Positions 1 through 8,325 of a DNA stretch of 64,000 nt are shown here, piece by piece. The notes below the pieces were generated by a model. That model searched no databases, was not told where the DNA came from, and saw nothing but the letters and a program-made list of their open reading frames with translations. Both the position numbers and the translations under genes were made by a program. Numbering within the stretch: the stretch's first letter is position 1; every line of letters starts with the position of its first letter. This stretch comes from Aureispira anguillae (GTDB lineage Bacteria; Bacteroidota; Bacteroidia; Chitinophagales; Saprospiraceae), in contig NZ_AP026867.1 in assembly GCF_026000115.1 (NCBI RefSeq), forward strand, positions 2,969,716-3,033,715, read 5' to 3'.

Positions 1-119
1 GAAGACAACGCTGATCAGGCTTAGTCTAAAATTGTTACTTAATTTAATATTAAGAACAACTAAAAAAGCGAAATTCATTTTCATGAATTTCGCTTTTATA
101 TTTTTTATACCATTGGTAG

Positions 120-503
120 TTACTCTTCTTCAAATCGCATTTCCTGAATCAAATAGTTTCCTCCAACCTTCTTAAAAAAGATGTATACTCGGTACTTATT
201 GCCTCCCGCAGATAAATTACCAATACAATAATAAGAAGCTCCATCTCTCGCCGAACCACTATGCACCAAACTACAACTATTGGGAGCATTTTTTTGAAAA
301 AAACTGCTAATTACGGAAATGGCTTGCCCTTTGTCATAACTGCCGTCGTTGTCCTCCACAGTTACTTCTACATTTGCATCCATGTAGTTCGAAATTTCCA
401 TTGTATTCCCTGCCTTTATAGCTGTTACCACAGCACTAAAATTAGGCTGTGCATAAAGAGTGGCAGTGGTTGCAGTTAATAAGATTAGTAGTATTGTTCT
501 CAT
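120..503 (-). CDS. Small secreted protein with a DUF4783-like pattern
   Basis: 127-aa ORF with an N-terminal signal peptide (MRTILLILLTATTATLYAQ). Its size and motif pattern resemble the Bacteroidota DUF4783 family. Family assignment is from memory, not searched. Confidence 0.5.
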   Translation of the reverse strand: MRTILLILLTATTATLYAQPNFSAVVTAIKAGNTMEISNYMDANVEVTVEDNDGSYDKGQAISVISSFFQKNAPNSCSLVHSGSARDGASYYCIGNLSAGGNKYRVYIFFKKVGGNYLIQEMRFEEE

Positions 504-928
504 AATTGTTTTCTTTGATTTATCCTTTTTAGATAACTTATTAGTTTATTATCATGCAATAACAACATTGTTAAATAAGCTATACCATAGATAAAATGGA
601 CTACTTTTTAGGTTATAAGTTTTAGCTTGCTAAGTTCAAGCCATTCACCCTAAAAAAACACCACTTTAATCGTTCTATTTAAAGTCATTTTTTTAGGTCT
701 TCACGGTTTCTGTCAAAGCATATAGTCTCTAGCGTTACTAAGATAACGATAAATATAAATTTTTATTGTTTTACTCAAAGATAGATATCTCATTTATAAG
801 ATCTTTCTAGCTCTTTTAAATGTACAATCAAATAGGCAAAATTCATAAAATATTCAATGTTTTTTTCTACCTTTGCCCTCTTTATTATATCTAAATTTGT
901 TCTACAACCTCTAAATAAAGATCCCATT

Positions 929-1327
929 ATGTTTGGAAAAAATGGTAATGCTCCTAAGCCCAATGCTAGTGTTAATAACAGTGCTCTTGAAGTGTGTAAT
1001 ATCGGCTTAGGTACTACAATTAATGGTACTTTCAAAGCAGATTCTAACATAAGGCTAGAAGGTAGTATATACGGTTCTGTTACTTGTGCAGGTCGTATTG
1101 TAATGTCCAAAAATGCCTATATCAAAGGAGATATTGTTTGTCAAAATATTGTATCGGAAGGAAAAGTAGAAGGTGACATTGTAGCCAAAGAAAAAATTCA
1201 TTTACAAGCAACGGCTATTGTAGAAGGAAACCTAAAGTATGCTACTTTGGAAATTGATTCAGGGGCAATATTTAATGGTCAAGCAGTATCGGCTAAAAGT
1301 AATTCGGCTCCCAAACTAGAAAAATAA
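929..1327 (+). CDS. Bactofilin family cytoskeletal protein
   Basis: Beta-helical bactofilin (DUF583) repeat pattern: IRLEGSIYGSVTCAGRIVMSKNAYIKGDIVCQNIVSEGKVEGDIVAKEKIHLQATAIVEGNL. The ORF track starts at 857, but an internal ATG at 929 (MFGKNG...) is the more likely start. Confidence 0.65.
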   Translation: MFGKNGNAPKPNASVNNSALEVCNIGLGTTINGTFKADSNIRLEGSIYGSVTCAGRIVMSKNAYIKGDIVCQNIVSEGKVEGDIVAKEKIHLQATAIVEGNLKYATLEIDSGAIFNGQAVSAKSNSAPKLEK

Positions 1328-1336
1328 TCTTAGAAA

Positions 1337-2359
1337 ATGCTTAAACAGGCACTGATTCAAAGTTTACACACTTTTTCTAGTTTTATTCCCCTAAGTTGGC
1401 TTCAACGACTTAGTCGCCAATCCTTATTTTCTTTGTTTTATCATACGGTTAGCGACCAAGATCTACCCCACATCAAGCATTTGTATAAGGTGCGGAATTC
1501 CCAATTATTTGAAGCTGACTTAGATTTTCTATTGCAACATTTTAGCCCAATTAGCTTAGAGCAGCTCATTGATCATGTTCAGAACGGGAAAACGCTTCCT
1601 CCCAATGCTTTTTTACTAACCTTTGATGATGGATTAGCAGAATGTTACCACCTTATTGCTCCCCTGCTCAAACAAAAGGGTATTCCAGCTACTTTTTTTC
1701 TTAACTCTGACTTTGTTGATAATAAAGCATTAATGTTTCGCTATAAAGCTAGCTATCTGATTGAGCAATTAAAGACTCGCTCCAATGCCACAAAAATAGC
1801 CGCCCAATATTTTGAGCAATATCAACTTCCTTTTGACAGTCTTAAAAAAAGCTTATTAGCCGTTCGGTGGCCTGAACAAGCCCTCTTAGATGATTTAGCG
1901 GTGGCTTTTGATATTGATTTTGAAGCATTTCTACAAGAACAAAAACCTTATTTAACCCAAGAGCAAATTCGTGCAATGCTGAAGGATGGCTTTACCTTTG
2001 GTAGTCATAGTCAAAACCATCCTACCTACAATAAGCTCAACTTAAACGATCAAATTCAGCAAACTATTCGCTGTCAGCATTATTTGGACCTACACTTTGA
2101 TTTGCCTTATAAAACCTTTGCCTTTCCCTTTACTGATTATGGTGTTTCTGCTGCTTTTTTTCATCAAATTCTAGGCAAAGAAAACTTTCAGCTCACCTTT
2201 GGTGGAGCAGGATTAAAACAGGAACAAATCAAAGGACAACTACAACGTTTTGGAATGGAAACCCAAGCACTAACCTCTGCAAAACGGCTTATTCATACAG
2301 AGTATTCTTACTATATTATAAAATCTATTTTCAAAAAAAATACGATTCATAGAAATTAG
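1337..2359 (+). CDS. Polysaccharide deacetylase (NodB-homology) family protein
   Basis: The LTFDDGLAECYHLIAPLLKQKGIPATFF motif and His-containing motifs are typical of the NodB/CE4 deacetylase fold. Confidence 0.65.
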   Translation: MLKQALIQSLHTFSSFIPLSWLQRLSRQSLFSLFYHTVSDQDLPHIKHLYKVRNSQLFEADLDFLLQHFSPISLEQLIDHVQNGKTLPPNAFLLTFDDGLAECYHLIAPLLKQKGIPATFFLNSDFVDNKALMFRYKASYLIEQLKTRSNATKIAAQYFEQYQLPFDSLKKSLLAVRWPEQALLDDLAVAFDIDFEAFLQEQKPYLTQEQIRAMLKDGFTFGSHSQNHPTYNKLNLNDQIQQTIRCQHYLDLHFDLPYKTFAFPFTDYGVSAAFFHQILGKENFQLTFGGAGLKQEQIKGQLQRFGMETQALTSAKRLIHTEYSYYIIKSIFKKNTIHRN

Positions 2360-2360
2360 A

Positions 2361-3149
2361 ATGAAATCAAAAATTACGATTATAGGTGCGGGAAATGTAG
2401 GCACACATCTCGCTCAACGCCTGTATAAATGTGGTCATCAAATTTGTCAAATTTTCAGTCGTACTCCAAGCAAAGCAACTGCTTTAGCAAACCGTGTTAA
2501 CAGTCAAGGAATCAACCAACTAAAAGAACTATCACTTGATGCCGATATTTATATCTTAGCAATCAAAGATGATGCAACAAAAACTATAGCGGAGGAAGTT
2601 TCTTTTTTAAATAAGTATCAAAAAATTATTGCGCACACCTCTGGTTCTGTTCCGAGTACCGTTTTTAAAAATCACTTTGAGCATTATGGTGTTTTTTATC
2701 CATTGCAAACTTTTTCTAGTGCCCAAACGGTAGATTTTGAGCAGCTTCCTTTTTGCATTTATGGCAATAGTCCTCAAACCCAAACAATTCTAAAAAAACT
2801 CGCAGAGAGCATCTGCCCCAATGTATATCTAATCAATGATGAACAACGGGCAATACTGCATGTTACAGCAGTTATTGTTAATAATTTTAGCAATTATTTA
2901 TACCATATCGCTCATGATATTTGCACAGACAATAAGGTTTCTTTTGACATTCTAAAACCATTGATTCAAGAAACCGTTCGAAAAATCAGTCTAGCTTCCC
3001 CCAAAGAAGTACAAACAGGCCCAGCAGTTCGAGGAGATGCCAACACCATTGCTCGACATTTAGCGTTTTTAGCTCAATATCCTGAGTATCAAAAGCTATA
3101 TAAAATACTGAGTTCTAATATAGAGCAACAATTTAATAAAGACAGCTAA
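2361..3149 (+). CDS. Rossmann-fold NAD(P)-binding protein (DUF2520 / F420-dependent NADP oxidoreductase-like)
   Basis: N-terminal GxGxxG dinucleotide-binding motif (ITIIGAGNVGTHLAQRL). Length 262 aa. Overall pattern is that of the DUF2520 family. Confidence 0.55.
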   Translation: MKSKITIIGAGNVGTHLAQRLYKCGHQICQIFSRTPSKATALANRVNSQGINQLKELSLDADIYILAIKDDATKTIAEEVSFLNKYQKIIAHTSGSVPSTVFKNHFEHYGVFYPLQTFSSAQTVDFEQLPFCIYGNSPQTQTILKKLAESICPNVYLINDEQRAILHVTAVIVNNFSNYLYHIAHDICTDNKVSFDILKPLIQETVRKISLASPKEVQTGPAVRGDANTIARHLAFLAQYPEYQKLYKILSSNIEQQFNKDS

Positions 3150-3256
3150 TTTTGTATCTTTACCTAGATAAACTCCAGCCCTTTAACTATTTTGGTTCTT
3201 TTTATTCAAATTTTGGTTCTTTGATAAATGTCAAAGAACGCAAATTCTTACTTTAC

Positions 3257-4243
3257 ATGAAAAAGATCTACTTATTAGGCTTGTTATCTACGTTGCTATT
3301 TTTGGTCATTTCCTGTGAAAAAGAAATTGATCTGAAAGCTCAAACTCCTCCAGGGCAGCTATATGCCAATTGCATTCTGAATCCAGACAGTATATTTCGA
3401 GTATATATTGGTTACTCTACTCCTATTACTGCGCCGCCAGATGTGATTCAAGATCGTTTATACGATGCCATGAGTGCATTGGTATTGATAAAAGATGCCA
3501 ACGATTATATTATTGATACCTTACAACTTACAGGGGTGCTTTATCACAATACCCAATCGCTTATTTTTGAATCAATCATTGGTCAAAAACCACTGCCAAA
3601 TACAAGTTACCAATTAGAAATATCAGAACCCTTTGTTCATCATAGCAAAGAGATTCAAGCAGAAACCACTTTGCCCGTTTCAATTCAGCCTATTCGAGCA
3701 AGAAAAGCATTTCCTTCACGAGAAATTACAGGAGAAGATGAAACGTTTGGTATTCATTTGACTTGGGAAGATCCTAACCCACAAGAAGAAAATCTATTTA
3801 TTATAGAAACAATTTGCAGAAATATCGATTACTCTTTCTTTTATCCCACACAATTGATTCGAAGTGAATTTTATGCGATGGGTTCAGAGAATGACAATCA
3901 AGAAATTGGGAAAAATACAGATAAATTTCTATATATATTTATCAACGATTCTAAGATTCCAGCACGACAAGATCCAGATAGTATTCACACCAAAATAGCG
4001 GTCGTCAGTAGTACGTTGGATCAATGGCCAGTAGGGCCTAATATTAGCAACGAAATTCTTGTCAATATTCATCATGTCAATCGGGAACAGTATGAATATT
4101 ATAAAGATGTAGAAAAATATCGTATCAACACCAATGGCAATGACATCTTTGCACAACCCATTCCCGTTCGTGGCAATATGCAAGGTGGTTTAGGTTTTTT
4201 TGGAGGTGAAACAAGCCAACAAGCTGTATTAAGTTATTACTAA
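3257..4243 (+). CDS. Lipoprotein, DUF4249-like
   Basis: Internal start MKKIYLLGLLSTLLFLVISCEK gives a lipoprotein signal with a lipobox Cys. The remainder resembles DUF4249 (family from memory). Confidence 0.45.
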   Translation: MKKIYLLGLLSTLLFLVISCEKEIDLKAQTPPGQLYANCILNPDSIFRVYIGYSTPITAPPDVIQDRLYDAMSALVLIKDANDYIIDTLQLTGVLYHNTQSLIFESIIGQKPLPNTSYQLEISEPFVHHSKEIQAETTLPVSIQPIRARKAFPSREITGEDETFGIHLTWEDPNPQEENLFIIETICRNIDYSFFYPTQLIRSEFYAMGSENDNQEIGKNTDKFLYIFINDSKIPARQDPDSIHTKIAVVSSTLDQWPVGPNISNEILVNIHHVNREQYEYYKDVEKYRINTNGNDIFAQPIPVRGNMQGGLGFFGGETSQQAVLSYY

Positions 4244-4247
4244 CCCC

Positions 4248-5075
4248 TTACAACAATCGAATACCTTTATCCTCTAATTGTATCCTTTTCTGTTTGTATA
4301 AGGTACCAATTGACTTTTTAAACGTTTTTTTGCTCATTCCCAATTGTTTTTTAATCAATTCTGGAGAACTTTTATCGGTTAATAAAAGATAGCCATCTCT
4401 TTTCTTTAATAGGTCTAGAATGCGTTGTGCGTTATCCTCCACCTTGGCGTAGCCATCTTTTTGCAATCGAACATCAATTTTTCCATCTTCACGAACATGG
4501 TGAATATAAGCCGTTTTGACCATTCCTACCCTTACTTCTTCAAACAGTTCATTGGTATAAATTAGCCCCTTATATTGGTTATTAATAATAACATTAACGC
4601 CCAAATCTGTTTTGGTCCAAATCGTCACTAGCACTTCATCTCCTTTTTGAAAGGTTGCCTCTTCATTGTCCAAAAATTGATCAATTTTTGTAGAACCTGC
4701 CAATCGATCTGTTTGACCATCCAAATACATATAAACCAAATACGATTTGCCAATTTCCATAGGGCTTTTTTGCTCTCTAAATGGAACAAACAAATCTTTA
4801 CCTACTCCATAATCAACAAATGCACCATGCTGATTCACATCCGAGACCTTTAGGCAGGCAAATTCGTACAAGGTCAACTTAGGCTCCTCAGTAGTGGCTA
4901 CCAAGCGTTCCTCATTATCCCTATAAATATAAACTTCTAGATAATCTCCTACTGCCGTTCCTTCAGGAATAAATTTCCCTGGCAATAAAATGCTATCTCC
5001 TTCTTTATTTTCCAAAAATAAACCATGTGGCGTACTACGAGCCACTTCTAACAAATTGTATTTTCCTAATTCCAT
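4248..5075 (-). CDS. cvfB: CvfB-family S1-like RNA-binding protein
   Basis: Tandem S1-like domains plus a C-terminal winged-helix region. The MELGKYNLLEV...GLFLE...ILLPGKFIP pattern is typical of CvfB/YitL. Start taken at internal Met (MELGKYN). Confidence 0.65.
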   Translation of the reverse strand: MELGKYNLLEVARSTPHGLFLENKEGDSILLPGKFIPEGTAVGDYLEVYIYRDNEERLVATTEEPKLTLYEFACLKVSDVNQHGAFVDYGVGKDLFVPFREQKSPMEIGKSYLVYMYLDGQTDRLAGSTKIDQFLDNEEATFQKGDEVLVTIWTKTDLGVNVIINNQYKGLIYTNELFEEVRVGMVKTAYIHHVREDGKIDVRLQKDGYAKVEDNAQRILDLLKKRDGYLLLTDKSSPELIKKQLGMSKKTFKKSIGTLYKQKRIQLEDKGIRLL

Positions 5076-5102
5076 GCTATTATATTTAGAGGGCAAAAGT
5101 AC

Positions 5103-5135
5103 AAAAAAAGAGCCTCCTTATTCAGGAAGCTCCAT
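5103..5135 (-). terminator. Putative rho-independent terminator
   Basis: Imperfect 8-bp stem hairpin (gagcctcc / ggaagctc) followed on the minus strand by a T-run (A-run 5103-5109 on plus). Lies downstream of the T9SS cargo gene ending at 5209. Confidence 0.4.
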
Positions 5136-5208
5136 TCTATTTTTCAACTAGTTTTTAGATCAAGAAAACCAAATCATTTAGAAGTGCACTATCGCCCTCC
5201 AAATCTGT

Positions 5209-6060
5209 CTATTCTATCCTTATTTCAACAACTTCTTTTTGCCCTTCTTTGCTCATTTCTACCCAATAGATCCCTCTTACAAGATTCTCCAACATTAAAT
5301 GGTGTCTTTTAAACGGTTCGAGGTAAGCATCCTCTTGATAAACCAACTGCCCGTGCAGATTTATCACACGAATTTTCCAACGGGCACTTTCGCTTTGACT
5401 TTCAACAAAAAAAGCACCTTTACTGGGGTTTGGGAAAACCTGAATAACAGTACCTTTAGCTTCTATTTCATCAATTTGACTAGCAATTGATTCGGTCAAC
5501 ACAAAGGAAGCTGTTGCACTAAAATCATCCCCTTGTGTAGACCCTGAACCATTAGAAGCTAATCCTACCCCACTAATCGTAATCACTCCTGTTCCTGCAA
5601 CTGGTGCTCTCCACGATGCACGAAATAGCCCCAAGTCATTCAATCCTTTGTGTTCAACAAACGACCTGCCATTTGAAATCGTTGTAATCTGCGTGCTGTC
5701 GGTAGCAACAGCCAATAAAGTTCCTGCATTGGCGTTTAGTCCGTCCAGCAATACTGCCTGCATCCCATAACCACTAGGACTTCCATCGCTACTAACCGTA
5801 AATTCCAATGTATAAACCTGCCCTGGTATATAAGAAGTTACCCCAAGACCTGTAGCATCCTTAACTTCAATACTCAGCTGAGGATTAGGAAATAACCCTG
5901 CACTCGTATGACAATATCCTCCACAGGTTCCCGATGATCCTGGCGTTCCCGTACAGTCCATTTCACCATTGGCAGCACGACCACCAGAAGCGCTTTGCAA
6001 AATAAGCATTGAACTCGCTACCATCAATATGGCAATTATTATTTTTATCTTCATCTTCAC
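5209..6060 (-). CDS. Secreted protein with T9SS C-terminal sorting domain (paralog 1)
   Basis: Signal peptide MKMKIKIIIAILMVASSMLILQSASG. C-terminal ~80 aa (VFPNPSKGAFFVE...IYWVEM...) matches the Por_Secre_tail pattern. N-terminal region carries TCGGYCH (a CxxxCH motif). Confidence 0.65.
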   Translation of the reverse strand: MKMKIKIIIAILMVASSMLILQSASGGRAANGEMDCTGTPGSSGTCGGYCHTSAGLFPNPQLSIEVKDATGLGVTSYIPGQVYTLEFTVSSDGSPSGYGMQAVLLDGLNANAGTLLAVATDSTQITTISNGRSFVEHKGLNDLGLFRASWRAPVAGTGVITISGVGLASNGSGSTQGDDFSATASFVLTESIASQIDEIEAKGTVIQVFPNPSKGAFFVESQSESARWKIRVINLHGQLVYQEDAYLEPFKRHHLMLENLVRGIYWVEMSKEGQKEVVEIRIE

Positions 6061-6118
6061 TATTTTATTCTTTTAGTTTATACTTCAAAGATATGGCTTG
6101 ATTGACAAATAGTCCATG

Positions 6119-6158
6119 CAAAAAAAATGCTTTGAATTGCAAAAACAACTCAAAGCAC
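6119..6158 (-). terminator. Rho-independent terminator
   Basis: Hairpin gctttgag..ttcaaagc followed by a T-run on the minus strand (A-run 6119-6127 on plus), directly downstream of the gene ending at 6196. Confidence 0.6.
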
Positions 6159-6195
6159 TGTATTTAAAATGTGGTTATCTATTTATGTTTTTTTT

Positions 6196-7038
6196 CTAAA
6201 AAACCATCATCTGTTGTGTTTGTTGTACACCATTACTTTTTATGGTTATCATATACGTTCCTGGTATCAAATTTTTGCAGTAAATAGAATGTGTACCAAA
6301 GCCATCTACCATAGCGGATTCTGAATAGACGGTTCTTCCCTGCAAATCCAATACATCAATGGTAATAGCACCAGCAGCTCCTCTATTTTTTACCTTAAAG
6401 CTACCGTCATTGGGAATTGGAAAAATATCAAAGTTATCTGTTTCTAAATCCAATAAATCAACAGAATTTGTAAAACTTTCTGTCAGAACCAGTTGGGTTG
6501 TTGGTGAAGTATTGTCTCCTGAAGTAGAAACGCCATCAACAGCTATTCCAATGCCATAAATGGTTACCGCTCCTGTCCCCAACATTGGAGCTTCCCAAGT
6601 AGTAACAAAACGCCCGTCCAAACTTGTCCCATCATGTTCTATAAATTCTCTACCGTTTGCAAGAGTTGCCAATTGAGTATTTGGGGTTGATGTGAGCACC
6701 ATATCCCCTGCATTATTATTAGAAGAATCTAGTACAACAGCTTGCATTCCATATCCCACAGGAGTCCCTCCACTACTTACAACAAATTCTAAAGTGTAAG
6801 TATTGCCAGGAATATAGCTGGAGACAACTGTTCCTAAATTATTCTTTACGATAATTTCAAGCTGAGGATTAGAAAAAGCTCCTTGATTAGGATGGCAAAG
6901 GGTACAATCTGAGGGCAAAACCCCTGGCGATCCAGTTCTATCCTTTCCTGTATACGTGGCTGGTCCTCCAGAAACACTCTGAAGCATAAACATTAGGGTA
7001 GCTCCAACAAATAGAGCTGCTAAAAACTTTGTTTTCAT
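6196..7038 (-). CDS. Secreted protein with T9SS C-terminal sorting domain (paralog 2)
   Basis: Signal peptide, a CTLCH motif near the N-terminus, and a C-terminal Por_Secre_tail-like domain (FPIPNDGSFKV...GTYMITIK). About 85% identical to the 7329-8171 product. Confidence 0.7.
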   Translation of the reverse strand: MKTKFLAALFVGATLMFMLQSVSGGPATYTGKDRTGSPGVLPSDCTLCHPNQGAFSNPQLEIIVKNNLGTVVSSYIPGNTYTLEFVVSSGGTPVGYGMQAVVLDSSNNNAGDMVLTSTPNTQLATLANGREFIEHDGTSLDGRFVTTWEAPMLGTGAVTIYGIGIAVDGVSTSGDNTSPTTQLVLTESFTNSVDLLDLETDNFDIFPIPNDGSFKVKNRGAAGAITIDVLDLQGRTVYSESAMVDGFGTHSIYCKNLIPGTYMITIKSNGVQQTQQMMVF

Positions 7039-7239
7039 AATTTTGAGTTTATAATCAAGCCAAGATGTTAAATTGGGTCTAACATATCAGCTGCCTTGGC
7101 AATTGCCAAAACGCCGCAAAACTATAGAAAATTATGACAGAAAACAATGCTTTTTTTTTATTCTTCTTATTCTTATAATAGATCTTTTTACCTTAACCAA
7201 AGAGTTAGAACTAATTGATAATCAACCATCAAATATCCA

Positions 7240-7279
7240 CAAAAAAAAATGCTTTGAATTTTAAAAATTCAAAGCACTC
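7240..7279 (-). terminator. Rho-independent terminator
   Basis: Perfect hairpin gctttgaattt/aaattcaaagc followed by a T9 run on the minus strand, downstream of the gene ending at 7329. It is a near-copy of the 6119-6158 terminator. Confidence 0.65.
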
Positions 7280-7328
7280 CATTTAAGATACGGCTATCTA
7301 TTCATGGCATTATTTTTATGTTTTTTTT

Positions 7329-8171
7329 CTAAAAAACCATCATTTGTTGTGTTTGTTGTACACCATTACTTTTTACAGTTATAATATACGTTCCTGGTAT
7401 TAAATTTTTGCAGTAAATAGAATGTGTCCCAAAGCCATCTACCATAGCGGATTCTGAATAGACGGTTCTTCCCTGCAAATCCAATACATCAATGGTAATA
7501 GAACCAGCAGCTCCTCTATTTTTTACCTTAAAACTACCGTCATTGGGAATTGGAAAAATATCAAAGTTATCGGTTTCTAAATCCAATAAATCAACACCAC
7601 TAGCAGGGCTTTCAGTCAAAACGAATTGGGTTGTTGGAGAGGTGTTATCGCCCGAAGTAGATGCGCCATTAACAGCCATTCCAACACCATAAATGGTTAC
7701 ATCTCCTGTCCCCGTAACAGGTGCTTCCCAAGTCGTCTTAAAAATCCCATTGCTACTTCTTCCACTATGCTCTATAAACTCTCTACCATTTCCAATAGTT
7801 GACAATTGAGTATTTGAGGTGGAAGTAGCAATCATATCTCCTGCATTATTATTAGAAGCATCTAAAGCAACGGCTTGCATTCCATACCCTACTGGGGTAC
7901 CTCCACTTGTTACCGCAAATTCTAGCGTGTAAATGTCACCAGGAACATAACTGGTAACCACTGTCCCTGAAGCATCTTTTACCGTAATCCCAATTTGAGG
8001 ATTAGAAAAAGACCCTTGGCTAGAATGACAAAGCGTACAATCTGAGGATAAGGCCCCTGGTGCCCCCGTTCTATCCTGTCCTCCCAATGCTGCTCGCCCT
8101 CCAGAAACACTCTGAAGGGTAAACATCAACGTTGCTCCAGCAAATAAGACTCCTAATAATTGTGTTTTCAT
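7329..8171 (-). CDS. Secreted protein with T9SS C-terminal sorting domain (paralog 3)
   Basis: Tandem duplicate of the 6196-7038 gene. Has a signal peptide, a CTLCH motif and an identical C-terminal sorting domain. Confidence 0.7.
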   Translation of the reverse strand: MKTQLLGVLFAGATLMFTLQSVSGGRAALGGQDRTGAPGALSSDCTLCHSSQGSFSNPQIGITVKDASGTVVTSYVPGDIYTLEFAVTSGGTPVGYGMQAVALDASNNNAGDMIATSTSNTQLSTIGNGREFIEHSGRSSNGIFKTTWEAPVTGTGDVTIYGVGMAVNGASTSGDNTSPTTQFVLTESPASGVDLLDLETDNFDIFPIPNDGSFKVKNRGAAGSITIDVLDLQGRTVYSESAMVDGFGTHSIYCKNLIPGTYIITVKSNGVQQTQQMMVF

Positions 8172-8325
8172 TTTTTTTAGTTTAAACGTTTTGAATAATT
8201 AATGTACTGTATGGAGAGAAATTCACCCTCTTTTAACTTGATTTGACTAAAAACAAAGGTAAGTCTACTCCTGTACAATTAAAATGCAAAAAGTTGTCGT
8301 TCTATTGCAAAAAATGATGTTCCAA

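Noticed and set aside
6359-6559. 66-aa plus-strand ORFs inside the T9SS cargo genes (also 7492-7692)
   Set aside because: They are antisense to strongly supported, duplicated coding sequence and are themselves duplicated only because the sense genes are. They are spurious shadow ORFs.
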